A stretch of DNA of 64,000 bases from a bacterium (GTDB lineage Bacteria > Cyanobacteriota > Vampirovibrionia > Gastranaerophilales > Gastranaerophilaceae): positions 1,288 through 65,287 of the forward strand of contig JAFQOI010000049.1 in assembly GCA_017403285.1 (NCBI GenBank). The letters run 5' to 3'. This document shows, in pieces, positions 18,960 to 28,883 of the stretch. The position numbers and the translations under genes were made by a program. The notes under the pieces are model-generated. The model had not been told where the DNA came from. It did no database searches and saw nothing but the letters and a program-made list of their open reading frames with translations. Each line of letters opens with the position of its first letter. The stretch's first letter is position 1.

Positions 18960-19072
18960 TTTACCTCTTTCCCTCGGCACTTCCATACTAAATAAGCATT
19001 CCGGCTAAACGGCTGTGGATCAGCAGGATATAAAACAAATTTGTTTCTTAATCCTTTTCCTTATTTAGTAAT
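18960..19072 (-). promoter_or_regulatory. structured 5' leader, candidate cobalamin riboswitch (short/variant class)
   Basis: The minus-strand RNA has a 10-bp closing helix ACUAAAUAAG (19069..19060) / CUUAUUUAGU (18996..18987). This encloses GGAAAAGGAUUAAG, the palindromic hairpin AAACAAAUUUGUUU, the hairpin GCUG-AUCCA-CAGC, and AGCCGGAAUGC, which resembles the B12-box end. The SD GAGGGAAAGAGG follows. Genomic context is a B12/iron-type uptake operon. Not verified with a covariance model. Confidence 0.45.
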
Positions 19073-19111
19073 TTCAAAATAACACTATAAAAAATAAAAT
19101 GCAAGTATGTA

Positions 19112-19138
19112 TAAAAAAACCGCTTTATAAGCGGTTTA
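19112..19138 (-). terminator. intrinsic terminator of the DUF360-like gene
   Basis: The minus strand reads aaaccgc-ttataaa-gcggttt followed by a T-run. It overlaps the stop codon. Confidence 0.65.
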
Positions 19139-19486
19139 TTTAATTATTTTATTTTTGTCTAAATTACTTATCATTGGCGAAAATACTGAAAGTATTAACG
19201 AACCTAAAAGAGCACTCCAAAATCCATCTATTTCTATACCAGAAATAATTTTTCCAGCGAGTAAGAATAAAAGAGCATTTATCACCAAGCTAAATAATCC
19301 GAGAGTTAAAAAATTAACAGGCATGGCAATAAAGGTAACAAGTGGCTTTATAAATGTATTAATTAAAGCAATTACTACAACGACAACCAATGCTGTTAAA
19401 AAATTAGATACTGATATTCCTGGAACTATCCAAGCAATAAACATAATTAAAAGAGCAGATAAAATCCATCTAAAAATAACATTCAT
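19136..19486 (-). CDS. small 4-TM membrane protein (DUF360 / phage-holin-4_2-like family)
   Basis: The start is moved to MNVIFRWILSALLIMFIAWIVPGISV. The four hydrophobic helices and the PGI..V..F motif are characteristic of this family. Confidence 0.7.
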   Translation of the reverse strand: MNVIFRWILSALLIMFIAWIVPGISVSNFLTALVVVVVIALINTFIKPLVTFIAMPVNFLTLGLFSLVINALLFLLAGKIISGIEIDGFWSALLGSLILSVFSPMISNLDKNKIIK

Positions 19487-19554
19487 ATTATTTCCTTTCT
19501 TTTTTATATTATTTATCATTGTTAGGAAATAACAATAGCCCCTATCAGGCATCA

Positions 19555-20535
19555 CTATGAGCGTGATTTTAACATATTTGCTACAATTACACCTCTATCA
19601 ATAAGTTCAACTTCAAGATTATTAGATTTTATTGCATCTAAGGTATATTTCACAATTTCAAAAAGACTTTCAGGAATATTATTTTTATTCTTGTCAAACC
19701 ACATCATCTCAATATCAAAAGCAAGGTGTCTAACACCACTAGCCATAGATTTTTCAATCCACTTATCTATTTCATCTTTTGTATCATTAAGATTTGGAAT
19801 TAGAATAAATTTTGTTTTAACGCAGTCTGTTTTAGGTTGAACACTCGCATATTTTTGAATATTTTCCCAAACTTTATCATAAAAATCAAAACGTTTTACT
19901 TTTACAAATGTTTCTCTACAACCAGAATCAACTGACACAACAATATTGACTCTACCTTGTTTTATCCCATCATACACAATTTGACTAAACTTTGTCGCAT
20001 TAGTTAAAACTCTAATATTTTCCATTTTGTAATCAATAAAAAGTTGTATTAAATCATCAAATTCTGGAGCGACACAAGGTTCACCTCCTGCAATGGTAAT
20101 ATGTCCACCCGCACGAAGATATCCTTTTTTTGCCAAATTTTCAATAGCAGGATAAACATTATATTGCGTTTGAAGTGGACGATCATCATCATTTAACCAG
20201 CAATAAACGCAATGCTCATTACATATTGTCCAATTATTGAAATTTATATATGAAATATAATCATCATTGTCCCATTCCTTTTCTTCTAAATATATGCAAC
20301 CTTTACATTCTGGAACAATATCACCTTTTTTCATTTGATTACGAATTTTTTTCTTTATTTTAAAAAATTCACGCCAGTTTAAAATCTCACCATTATAATC
20401 TTCTATTAATTTTTTATACCCTTTATCAGTCGGAGGTATACGGCAACAAAAATTTATGCTATCAGTAAAAAAGTCCATACCATGTTCAATTAAATTACAA
20501 CTTATATATTTCTTTTTCTTGCCGAAAACAAACAT
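19555..20535 (-). CDS. radical SAM enzyme with N-terminal Cys-rich extension (paralog of 36032..37120)
   Basis: Motifs present are CxxxCxxC (CNEHCVYC), IAGGEP and TNAT. The upstream ~80 aa carry 5 Cys (SC..., FCC, CKGC). There is no C-terminal SPASM-like Cys cluster. Confidence 0.8.
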   Translation of the reverse strand: MFVFGKKKKYISCNLIEHGMDFFTDSINFCCRIPPTDKGYKKLIEDYNGEILNWREFFKIKKKIRNQMKKGDIVPECKGCIYLEEKEWDNDDYISYINFNNWTICNEHCVYCWLNDDDRPLQTQYNVYPAIENLAKKGYLRAGGHITIAGGEPCVAPEFDDLIQLFIDYKMENIRVLTNATKFSQIVYDGIKQGRVNIVVSVDSGCRETFVKVKRFDFYDKVWENIQKYASVQPKTDCVKTKFILIPNLNDTKDEIDKWIEKSMASGVRHLAFDIEMMWFDKNKNNIPESLFEIVKYTLDAIKSNNLEVELIDRGVIVANMLKSRS

Positions 20536-20543
20536 TCTTTCTC

Positions 20544-22940
20544 CTATGATAAAATTTCTTTTATTTCATTTACGTCAGAATTTATATAAAAATCTTTAAA
20601 CTTATTAATTTCTTGAATCTGGTCATCAATTAATGAATATAAAGAACTTTGTTTTATTTTTGAAAGCTCTACTGGATTTAAAGATTTAATTAAATATTCA
20701 TCATTGGAAATCTGGTCAAGTTCAATCATTTCGACCTCATCAAACATAGAAAGCATATTTAAAACCGTTTCAGAATCAACCCCTAACGCTTTTTCTAATC
20801 TATTAACAGATATTTTTCCTTCAAAATTATTAACTGAATATTTCAACATTCCAGACAAATTAGAAATTAAAGAATCTATATTTTGGCTATCAGGTAAAAA
20901 ATTAAAAAGATGTATTATACTTGCGCCAGTTGTCTTTATTATACTCATAAAAGATTCTTTACTAATTGGTGCTTCAAACAACATTAATTGTTCTTTTTCA
21001 ACAGGAATATCATCTAAAGAAAAAGCAATTTGAGTCGCAATGTCTGATTTTTCTACTTGCTTTCTTAATTTTGGATTTTGAATATAAATACAAGTTTTTT
21101 TCTTTGTAGACCCAAGAAAATCTATAACTTGATTTAAAATATCTTTTTTGTTTCTATGATCAAGAATTTTGATTTCTGACAAATATTTTTCCTGATTAAT
21201 AAGTTCACTATGTATATCTGATAACAAATATTGAATTTTCTTTGTTCCATTAAATTCATTCATCTGTGGAACAAATAAAATATCAAAAATAGCACCATCT
21301 GGCAAATTAAAATCAGGAGTATTCCATTTGACGCATTCAACTGTCAACCCATTTTGAGAACCTAACAATCGAAGATGATTACTTTCTTGTCCCATCATTC
21401 TATATTCTTTTAATGAAAGATTATTCATTATAAAAAGTGGTGCTTCGTTTCCATTGCCAAATGGTTGCAATTTAGAAAGACACTCTACAGTCTCATTTGT
21501 TATTTCACTCGCCTCAACAACCATATCCGCAAAAACATTTACACAAGAAAAATCAACTTCTTTTGTATTCTCATCAATTGTTTTATTTAAAGCCGTTTTA
21601 AATTCATCAAATTTAACTATATTTTCATCAAAAGAAAAGCCAGCAGCCATTTTGTGACCACCAAAGCCAGCAAATAATTCTTTATGATTTGAAAGAATAT
21701 CGAAAATATTTATACCAATAATACTTCTACAAGAACAACGAATAATATTTTTATTGATAGCATCTTTTGTCATCAAAAAAACTGGTTTATTGTACGTTTC
21801 AACTAACTTTGAAGCAACAATTCCAATTATTCCAACATGCCAGTCTTGATTAAATAAAACAATACTTTTCTTATTAGAAGATTTTTCTTTTTCATACATT
21901 AACTGTGCTTGTTTAAATGTATCATCACACAATTGTTGACGAAAAGCGTTCAAATCATTTAATTTTTTTATTGTTTCATTTAATACTTCTTCATCAGCGG
22001 AAACAAGAAGATTTAAAGCAATTAGGGGAGAATCTAAACGACCCGAAGCATTTATTCTCGGAACTATTCCAAAAGCAATATTTTCTGATGTTAAAGATTT
22101 TTTATCTGATAGTCCTATCGCCTCAATTAATTTTTGAACACCTTTATGTCTGCCACTTTTTATTAATTCAATCCCCATTGCAACAAGACTTCTATTTTCG
22201 CCAATCAATTCAACAACATCGCCAACAGTACCTATTGCAACAAGTGGTAATATTTCATGTACAAAATCTTCACAATTATATGATTCAAGTAACTTGCAAC
22301 ACAACTTAAAAACAACGCCCACACCAGCCAAATATCCAAGACTTTGAATCTCTTCAAAGGACAAATTTGGATTAAGAGAATCTGGTGCCTTAGGATTTAA
22401 AATAGCAAATGCATCAGGCAATTCTTCTTGTGCTTCGTGGTGATCTGTAATAATAACATCAGCGTTAAATCCTTTTGCAAATTTTACTTCCTGACAATTT
22501 GAAATACCGCAATCGACTGTAATTATCAGTTTTGATTTTCTTTTTGCTATTAAATTAACAAGTGCTTTTGTATTTAATCCATGACTTTCTGTTGCACGGT
22601 CTGGCAAATAATAATCAACCTTTGCTCCAATTTTTTGTAAAGTTAGGTACAAAATAGCGGTAGACGTAATTCCATCCGCATCAAAGTCACCGTATACAAT
22701 AATATTTTCTTGTAAATCGATTGCATTTTTAATCCTCTCAACAGCCTTCGTCATGTCCAAAAAGACATCAGGAGAAATCAATTTTCTTTTTAAAGGATTT
22801 AAAAATGCATCAATTTTTTCTTTTGTATCAATACCTCTATTTTTCAACAAAACAGCAAGAACCCTATCAGAAGAGCACATATCAATAAACTCTTTTGAAA
22901 CAACTGCCTCTTTAGAGACCCACGTCTTTTTGACTTTCAT
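20544..22940 (-). CDS. recJ: single-stranded-DNA-specific exonuclease RecJ (long form)
   Basis: DHH family motifs are present (VYGDFDADGITS, ITVDCG, ITDHH), together with a DHHA1 region (GGHKMAAG). A ~230-aa C-terminal extension follows. Confidence 0.9.
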   Translation of the reverse strand: MKVKKTWVSKEAVVSKEFIDMCSSDRVLAVLLKNRGIDTKEKIDAFLNPLKRKLISPDVFLDMTKAVERIKNAIDLQENIIVYGDFDADGITSTAILYLTLQKIGAKVDYYLPDRATESHGLNTKALVNLIAKRKSKLIITVDCGISNCQEVKFAKGFNADVIITDHHEAQEELPDAFAILNPKAPDSLNPNLSFEEIQSLGYLAGVGVVFKLCCKLLESYNCEDFVHEILPLVAIGTVGDVVELIGENRSLVAMGIELIKSGRHKGVQKLIEAIGLSDKKSLTSENIAFGIVPRINASGRLDSPLIALNLLVSADEEVLNETIKKLNDLNAFRQQLCDDTFKQAQLMYEKEKSSNKKSIVLFNQDWHVGIIGIVASKLVETYNKPVFLMTKDAINKNIIRCSCRSIIGINIFDILSNHKELFAGFGGHKMAAGFSFDENIVKFDEFKTALNKTIDENTKEVDFSCVNVFADMVVEASEITNETVECLSKLQPFGNGNEAPLFIMNNLSLKEYRMMGQESNHLRLLGSQNGLTVECVKWNTPDFNLPDGAIFDILFVPQMNEFNGTKKIQYLLSDIHSELINQEKYLSEIKILDHRNKKDILNQVIDFLGSTKKKTCIYIQNPKLRKQVEKSDIATQIAFSLDDIPVEKEQLMLFEAPISKESFMSIIKTTGASIIHLFNFLPDSQNIDSLISNLSGMLKYSVNNFEGKISVNRLEKALGVDSETVLNMLSMFDEVEMIELDQISNDEYLIKSLNPVELSKIKQSSLYSLIDDQIQEINKFKDFYINSDVNEIKEILS

Positions 22941-22942
22941 AA

Positions 22943-23359
22943 TTATTCTTTTTCATCATCAAAAAGTTCTTGCTGTTCAAGTTCTCGTTTAAGAGCTTCA
23001 ACATCTTTATCCTCTTTGATTTTTTCAATAACTATTTTTGCCATTTCTTTTGCAAGAATTTTTTGAACTTCAGGTGGCGAACTTTCAAGCATATTAATTG
23101 CCGCTCTGACAGTTCTATCAATATCGTACCATCTAGAATTAGCACGCTCATCCATACCTTCTTCTACTGCAACGATAATGTCATTTACATCGGTATATTC
23201 ACTAAATGAAATGTTGTGTTCAACAATGATTTTAATCAGATTGAGCGCCACTTTTATCTGAGTTTCGTCGTCTGATGCCTCAAGAGTTTTCATTGATTTA
23301 GATAAAATCGGGTCTTTATCATACCATCTTCTATGATGATTGCTGTACTCTTCTTTCAT
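22943..23359 (-). CDS. hypothetical protein with internal RWYD repeat
   Basis: 138-aa acidic ORF. HHRRWYDKDPILSKSMKTLE and NSRWYDIDRTVRAAINMLE form an internal duplication. Confidence 0.6.
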   Translation of the reverse strand: MKEEYSNHHRRWYDKDPILSKSMKTLEASDDETQIKVALNLIKIIVEHNISFSEYTDVNDIIVAVEEGMDERANSRWYDIDRTVRAAINMLESSPPEVQKILAKEMAKIVIEKIKEDKDVEALKRELEQQELFDDEKE

Positions 23360-23376
23360 ATAAACTTCTCCTTAAA

Positions 23377-23652
23377 CTAGCCATTCTTAAATTTTACACC
23401 AAAACCAGAATTTGGATAGCGCCAGAAAATATTTTTTTTATCACACGCAATTTTACAAGCGCCACATTCTAGACAATTTTCGTATCGAATAGTCAATGTA
23501 CCCTTTTGCTCGTTCCACTCATAAACATCAGCAGGACATATGAAAGTACAATGTTTTTCGCTACACCTTAAACAAACGTCATTATCAACACTCAAATGAC
23601 TTTCGCAATCTTTATTATATTTCAATGTTGCTAATTTTTCATTTATATTCAT
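23377..23652 (-). CDS. fixX: ferredoxin-like protein FixX
   Basis: 91 aa with a Cys pattern (CLRCSEKHCTFICP...CLECGACKIAC) and a position overlapping fixC, typical of FixX. Confidence 0.8.
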   Translation of the reverse strand: MNINEKLATLKYNKDCESHLSVDNDVCLRCSEKHCTFICPADVYEWNEQKGTLTIRYENCLECGACKIACDKKNIFWRYPNSGFGVKFKNG

Positions 23653-24932
23653 TTTTTAAAACATTTCTCCATAGCAAGAATAAATAATGGTATAGAAGGC
23701 AACATTGCCTTTTTTATAATTGTTGCTAAGAATTTCCTATACTTAGCACGTTTAGGCACACAATCGGCACTAGACATAATATCAAAAAACTGACAAGCCA
23801 ATTCGGGATACAAAGAAGTAATCGTTGATATATTTTTCTTTATTGTGCTTATGGTATTTTTATGAGTTCTCATGTCTTTTATAACAATGCTGTTTTGGAG
23901 CTTTTTATAATACTCTTTTAAAGTTGATGCTGAACAATCTTGTCTATCTAAGGCATCAATGGCAGTTTCTGCTGCAAGTTTACCACTAAGCATAGCAAGA
24001 TTGGTTCCTTCAAAATGGATATTATTAACAAGCATGCCGGCATCACCAACAATCATGACTCTGTTATCATACAATTTAGGAATTGCATTATATCCACCCT
24101 CTGGAAGAAGATGAGAAGAATATTCAATTACCTTACCACCTTTTATATACGCAGATATTGTTGGATGACTTTTTAATTGCTCTAAGACCTCGTATGGTTT
24201 TAACTTGCATTTCTTAAAATCATCAATACACATAGAAAAACCAATGGAAACAGTATTTTTATTCGTATACATAAAGCCAAGTGCCATCTTGTTTTTCAAT
24301 GGACCGCCTAGAATCTTACAAGCACAACCCGTTTCATCATCTAAATTAAATCTATCTTCAATTCTCTCTTTAGGAAGTTCTATAACTTCTTTCACGCTTA
24401 AAGAAACATCTTTATCCTTTATATCATTTCTTAATCCTATTTGTTTAGCAAAGATGGAATTAACCCCATCGGCAATAATAACAATATCAGAATAAATTTT
24501 TTCAAATTCCGTTTGGACACCTAAAACTTTTCCATCTTCAATAATGAGTTGCTTAACAAGTGTTTTTGGCGCATAATAAGCACCTGCATCAACTACTTGT
24601 GAAACAGCCCAATTATCCCATTTTGAGCGAATAATCGAAAAAGCCTTATGTTCGTCTTTTTTATACTTATAAGAAAATTCGCTTGAATTAGTATCAGTAA
24701 GCATAAATATTTTTTGTTCTACTATAGAACGTTCAAGCGGTGCAGATTTCCAAAAATCAGGAAAAATATCTGCTGTTTGTTGAGCATATATTGTTCCTCC
24801 AAACACATTTTTATCACCAGCTTTATCGCCTCTTTCAACAAGTAACACCTTCTTTCCTGCTCTTGCAAGAACCATTGCGCTACTAACACCAGCAGGACCT
24901 GCTCCAATAACTATAACTTCAAATCTATCCAT
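23649..24932 (-). CDS. fixC: FAD-dependent oxidoreductase FixC (ETF-quinone oxidoreductase-like)
   Basis: The start is moved to MDRFEVIVIGAGPAGVSSAMVLARAGKKVLLVERG (GxGxxG dinucleotide fold). GDAAG-type motif is VGDAGMLVN. Its 3' end overlaps fixX by 4 nt. Confidence 0.8.
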   Translation of the reverse strand: MDRFEVIVIGAGPAGVSSAMVLARAGKKVLLVERGDKAGDKNVFGGTIYAQQTADIFPDFWKSAPLERSIVEQKIFMLTDTNSSEFSYKYKKDEHKAFSIIRSKWDNWAVSQVVDAGAYYAPKTLVKQLIIEDGKVLGVQTEFEKIYSDIVIIADGVNSIFAKQIGLRNDIKDKDVSLSVKEVIELPKERIEDRFNLDDETGCACKILGGPLKNKMALGFMYTNKNTVSIGFSMCIDDFKKCKLKPYEVLEQLKSHPTISAYIKGGKVIEYSSHLLPEGGYNAIPKLYDNRVMIVGDAGMLVNNIHFEGTNLAMLSGKLAAETAIDALDRQDCSASTLKEYYKKLQNSIVIKDMRTHKNTISTIKKNISTITSLYPELACQFFDIMSSADCVPKRAKYRKFLATIIKKAMLPSIPLFILAMEKCFKK

Positions 24933-25016
24933 AATAAATATTATACTTCTTTTTTCTTCTATGTACATATTGTAAAAAAAATTGCCTATTTCTTAAATGT
25001 ACAATAAACTAGAACT

Positions 25017-26423
25017 ATGTTGCGTATTTTATTTCTTATAATTTTATTCTTTTTATTTTCCGCCAATATTACATTGGCTCTTGATGTTGTATATCCTACA
25101 AAACAAGAACTAAAAATAAACGCTCAATCAACATTTTTTGCAGGAAATGTAAATCCAAAATCAACATTAAAAATAAACAATGAAAGCATTAAAATATGGG
25201 ATAAAGGCACCTTTGTTCATTATATGCCTTTATTTTACGGAACAAATGAAATCGTGCTTGAAGAAACACTAAATGGAAAAACGCAAAAAACCATATATAC
25301 AATAAAGAGGGATAAACCAACAGGAATAAGTGCACCTATCCTCCCTTTTGAAGAAAAAGTCGCAGACGAAATTCTCTACACAAAAACAATTAAAGATAGA
25401 GCAACTATCAGAAAAAAGGCAACAAAATCCTCAAAACGCATAGTAGATTTACCAAAAGGAGTTGTACTATATATTGCTGGCAAGCAAGGAGACTACTACA
25501 AAATCGATGCAAAAGGGGATAGCCAATTTTGGATACATAAATCCAATATCGAAGAACCCGTCAATGTAACAAAAATGTTTATGGCAGAAATAAAAACGCC
25601 GGAACATTATTCTGACAAATATTATAATTATACCAGTATGGCAATATCACATCCTGTACTTTACACTCTTGAACAAAATCATAAAAAACTAAAACTAACT
25701 CTATACAATACAGTCTCAATAAATAATCCCTCAAATAAAAGTAACAATGTAGAATTCATTTTTGAAGACGAAAATCAAGTTCTAGGATATGATGTTCTTT
25801 TCGAAGACAACAAATTAATACTTAGAAGAGCAAAAATAGCAGATAAAATAAACCCTTACGCCCCACTTCACGGAATAAGAATATTTATAGATGCAGGTCA
25901 TGGTGGCAAAGAAAATGGAGCAATGGGTCCGACAAGAGTACCAGAAAAAGACATAAATTTAGCAATAAGCAAAAAACTTATAAAATTATTAAAAGAAGAA
26001 GGTGCTATCGTTTCATATTCAAGAATAGAAGATAAAACTGTTTCTTTATACGATAGAATTGATATGGCAAAAGACAATAATGCATTTATATCAATAAGCA
26101 TACATGCAAACTCCCTTCCAAATGGTAAAAACCCATATACTGAACACGGAGTAGAAACACATTACAACAATGAAAATGCAAAGGTTTTGGCCTTTATCAT
26201 AAAAAACAATTTGGTTAGTGATTTAAAATTGAAAGATAATGGACTTAGAAAATCAAGTTTAGCCTTAAATCGTCCAACTAATCCAATTTCAGTACTAGTA
26301 GAGACAGCATATATGATAAACCCAGAAGAGTATCAAAAACTTCAAGACGACAAGTTCCAAACTCAAGTAGCAGAATCTGTTAAAAAAAGTTTAAAACAAT
26401 TCATGATTTTATTGAAAAAATAG
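25017..26423 (+). CDS. N-acetylmuramoyl-L-alanine amidase (Amidase_3) with N-terminal and SH3-like domains
   Basis: It has a signal peptide. IFIDAGHGGKENGAMGP...ISIHANS...ETAYMINPEE are the Amidase_3 zinc-site motifs. Confidence 0.88.
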   Translation: MLRILFLIILFFLFSANITLALDVVYPTKQELKINAQSTFFAGNVNPKSTLKINNESIKIWDKGTFVHYMPLFYGTNEIVLEETLNGKTQKTIYTIKRDKPTGISAPILPFEEKVADEILYTKTIKDRATIRKKATKSSKRIVDLPKGVVLYIAGKQGDYYKIDAKGDSQFWIHKSNIEEPVNVTKMFMAEIKTPEHYSDKYYNYTSMAISHPVLYTLEQNHKKLKLTLYNTVSINNPSNKSNNVEFIFEDENQVLGYDVLFEDNKLILRRAKIADKINPYAPLHGIRIFIDAGHGGKENGAMGPTRVPEKDINLAISKKLIKLLKEEGAIVSYSRIEDKTVSLYDRIDMAKDNNAFISISIHANSLPNGKNPYTEHGVETHYNNENAKVLAFIIKNNLVSDLKLKDNGLRKSSLALNRPTNPISVLVETAYMINPEEYQKLQDDKFQTQVAESVKKSLKQFMILLKK

Positions 26424-26427
26424 ATAA

Positions 26428-27849
<1,422 letters not shown>

Positions 27850-27863
27850 TAAATAAAAACACT

Positions 27864-27897
27864 AAAAAAGGGAGATTTTAAAATCTCCCTTTTTTTT
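27864..27897. terminator. bidirectional intrinsic terminator
   Basis: aaaaaagggagatttt/aaaatctcccttttttt lies between the convergent gdhA and DUF1292 genes. Confidence 0.75.
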
Positions 27898-28156
27898 ATT
27901 CATCTATTTCATCCTCAAGTTCTTCAATGTAAGCAGCAACTTTATTGAATTCATCATCATCTTCGATTTCTTCAAGTTCATATTCGTCACCATCTTGTTT
28001 TAATCTCATAACAAGAAGTTCTGTTTCTTCGTCACTATTTTCAGGAAGAAGAACCGCATATTCAACATCATCAACAGAAATAATGTCTAATACTTCAAAA
28101 ACAACTTTGTTTCCATTCTCATCAAATGTTTCAAGTTTTTCATTTCCGTTTGCCAT
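27896..28156 (-). CDS. DUF1292 family protein
   Basis: 86-aa acidic ORF. FEVLDIISVDDVEYAVLLPENSD...LVMRLKQDGDEYELEEIEDDDEF and its position next to ruvX are typical of the family. Confidence 0.8.
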   Translation of the reverse strand: MANGNEKLETFDENGNKVVFEVLDIISVDDVEYAVLLPENSDEETELLVMRLKQDGDEYELEEIEDDDEFNKVAAYIEELEDEIDE

Positions 28157-28162
28157 AAAAAC

Positions 28163-28567
28163 TCACTTTCTATCTAAATATTGTTGTAAAATTAAACACG
28201 CACTTTTTAAGTCAACTAATTGTTTATTTTTTGTATATTTTCGACCAGTTTGAGAAAGAATATATTCAGCCTGTCGACTAGTCAGCCGTTCATCCTCAAA
28301 TATTATTTCATATTCTGGTTTGAAATTTTCAGTAAAATCAATACAATCTTGCGCTTGTTCACCAATAGTATTATTCATATGTTTTGGCAAACCTGCAACG
28401 ATTGTCTTGATATTGTTTGCGACACATAAATCTTTTATTTTTTGTATAGCAGCATTTTCAGGTTCTCTTTGAATTGTTTCAACAGGATGAGCAATAAGCC
28501 CCATAATATCACTCATTGCAATACCTATTCTCTTTTTTCCGATATCAAGTCCTAAAACTTTATTCAT
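28163..28567 (-). CDS. ruvX: Holliday junction resolvase-like / pre-16S rRNA nuclease RuvX (YqgF)
   Basis: VLGLDIGKKRIGIAMSD and DERLTS are the YqgF motifs, in a 134-aa protein. Confidence 0.9.
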   Translation of the reverse strand: MNKVLGLDIGKKRIGIAMSDIMGLIAHPVETIQREPENAAIQKIKDLCVANNIKTIVAGLPKHMNNTIGEQAQDCIDFTENFKPEYEIIFEDERLTSRQAEYILSQTGRKYTKNKQLVDLKSACLILQQYLDRK

Positions 28568-28859
28568 GTATCCAATTTATACTCAAAAAATCAAGTATAC
28601 TTTCTATTTTCTTTATATCTATTTTTTCTTTTTCTATTTGTTTTTTTCTAAAAATATTAGTTGTAAAAAGAGATTCTTTTGCAGTTTCTTTAACAGCATA
28701 GAAATAGTTAAATACGCTTCTTTGAAGTAATATCATCTTAAATGTATGCATATTACTTTCATCATCTAATAAAGCAAAAAAGGACCTTGCATCTTCTTTC
28801 TTATCATTAGTATAAAGCAGATAAGAACACTGTAAAATTCTATCTTTCCAAACATCCAT
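28560..28859 (-). CDS. hypothetical protein (99 aa)
   Basis: The ORF overlaps the ruvX start by 8 nt. No motif recognised. Confidence 0.5.
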   Translation of the reverse strand: MDVWKDRILQCSYLLYTNDKKEDARSFFALLDDESNMHTFKMILLQRSVFNYFYAVKETAKESLFTTNIFRKKQIEKEKIDIKKIESILDFLSINWIHE

Positions 28860-28883
28860 AGTTTTTTCGTCAAAAACATTATT

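Noticed and set aside
18957-18986. Upstream extension MEVPRERGKV of the TonB-dependent receptor
   Set aside because: The signal peptide begins at MKKRSLF (18956), preceded by the SD GAGGGAAAGAGG. The extension would bury that SD inside coding sequence.
19136-19486. The 'phage holin' family label as a hint of a prophage
   Set aside because: No capsid, tail, integrase, lysin or repressor genes lie nearby. This DUF360-type family is widespread in chromosomes as a stand-alone membrane protein.
19555-20535. The two radical SAM paralogs as the HydE/HydG maturases of the [FeFe]-hydrogenase
   Set aside because: HydE and HydG are BioB/ThiH-like, with different motif spacing and C-terminal features. 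These proteins instead have the IAGGEP/TNA blocks of the MoaA/PqqE-type core. They are not linked to hydCBA, and no hydF is present.
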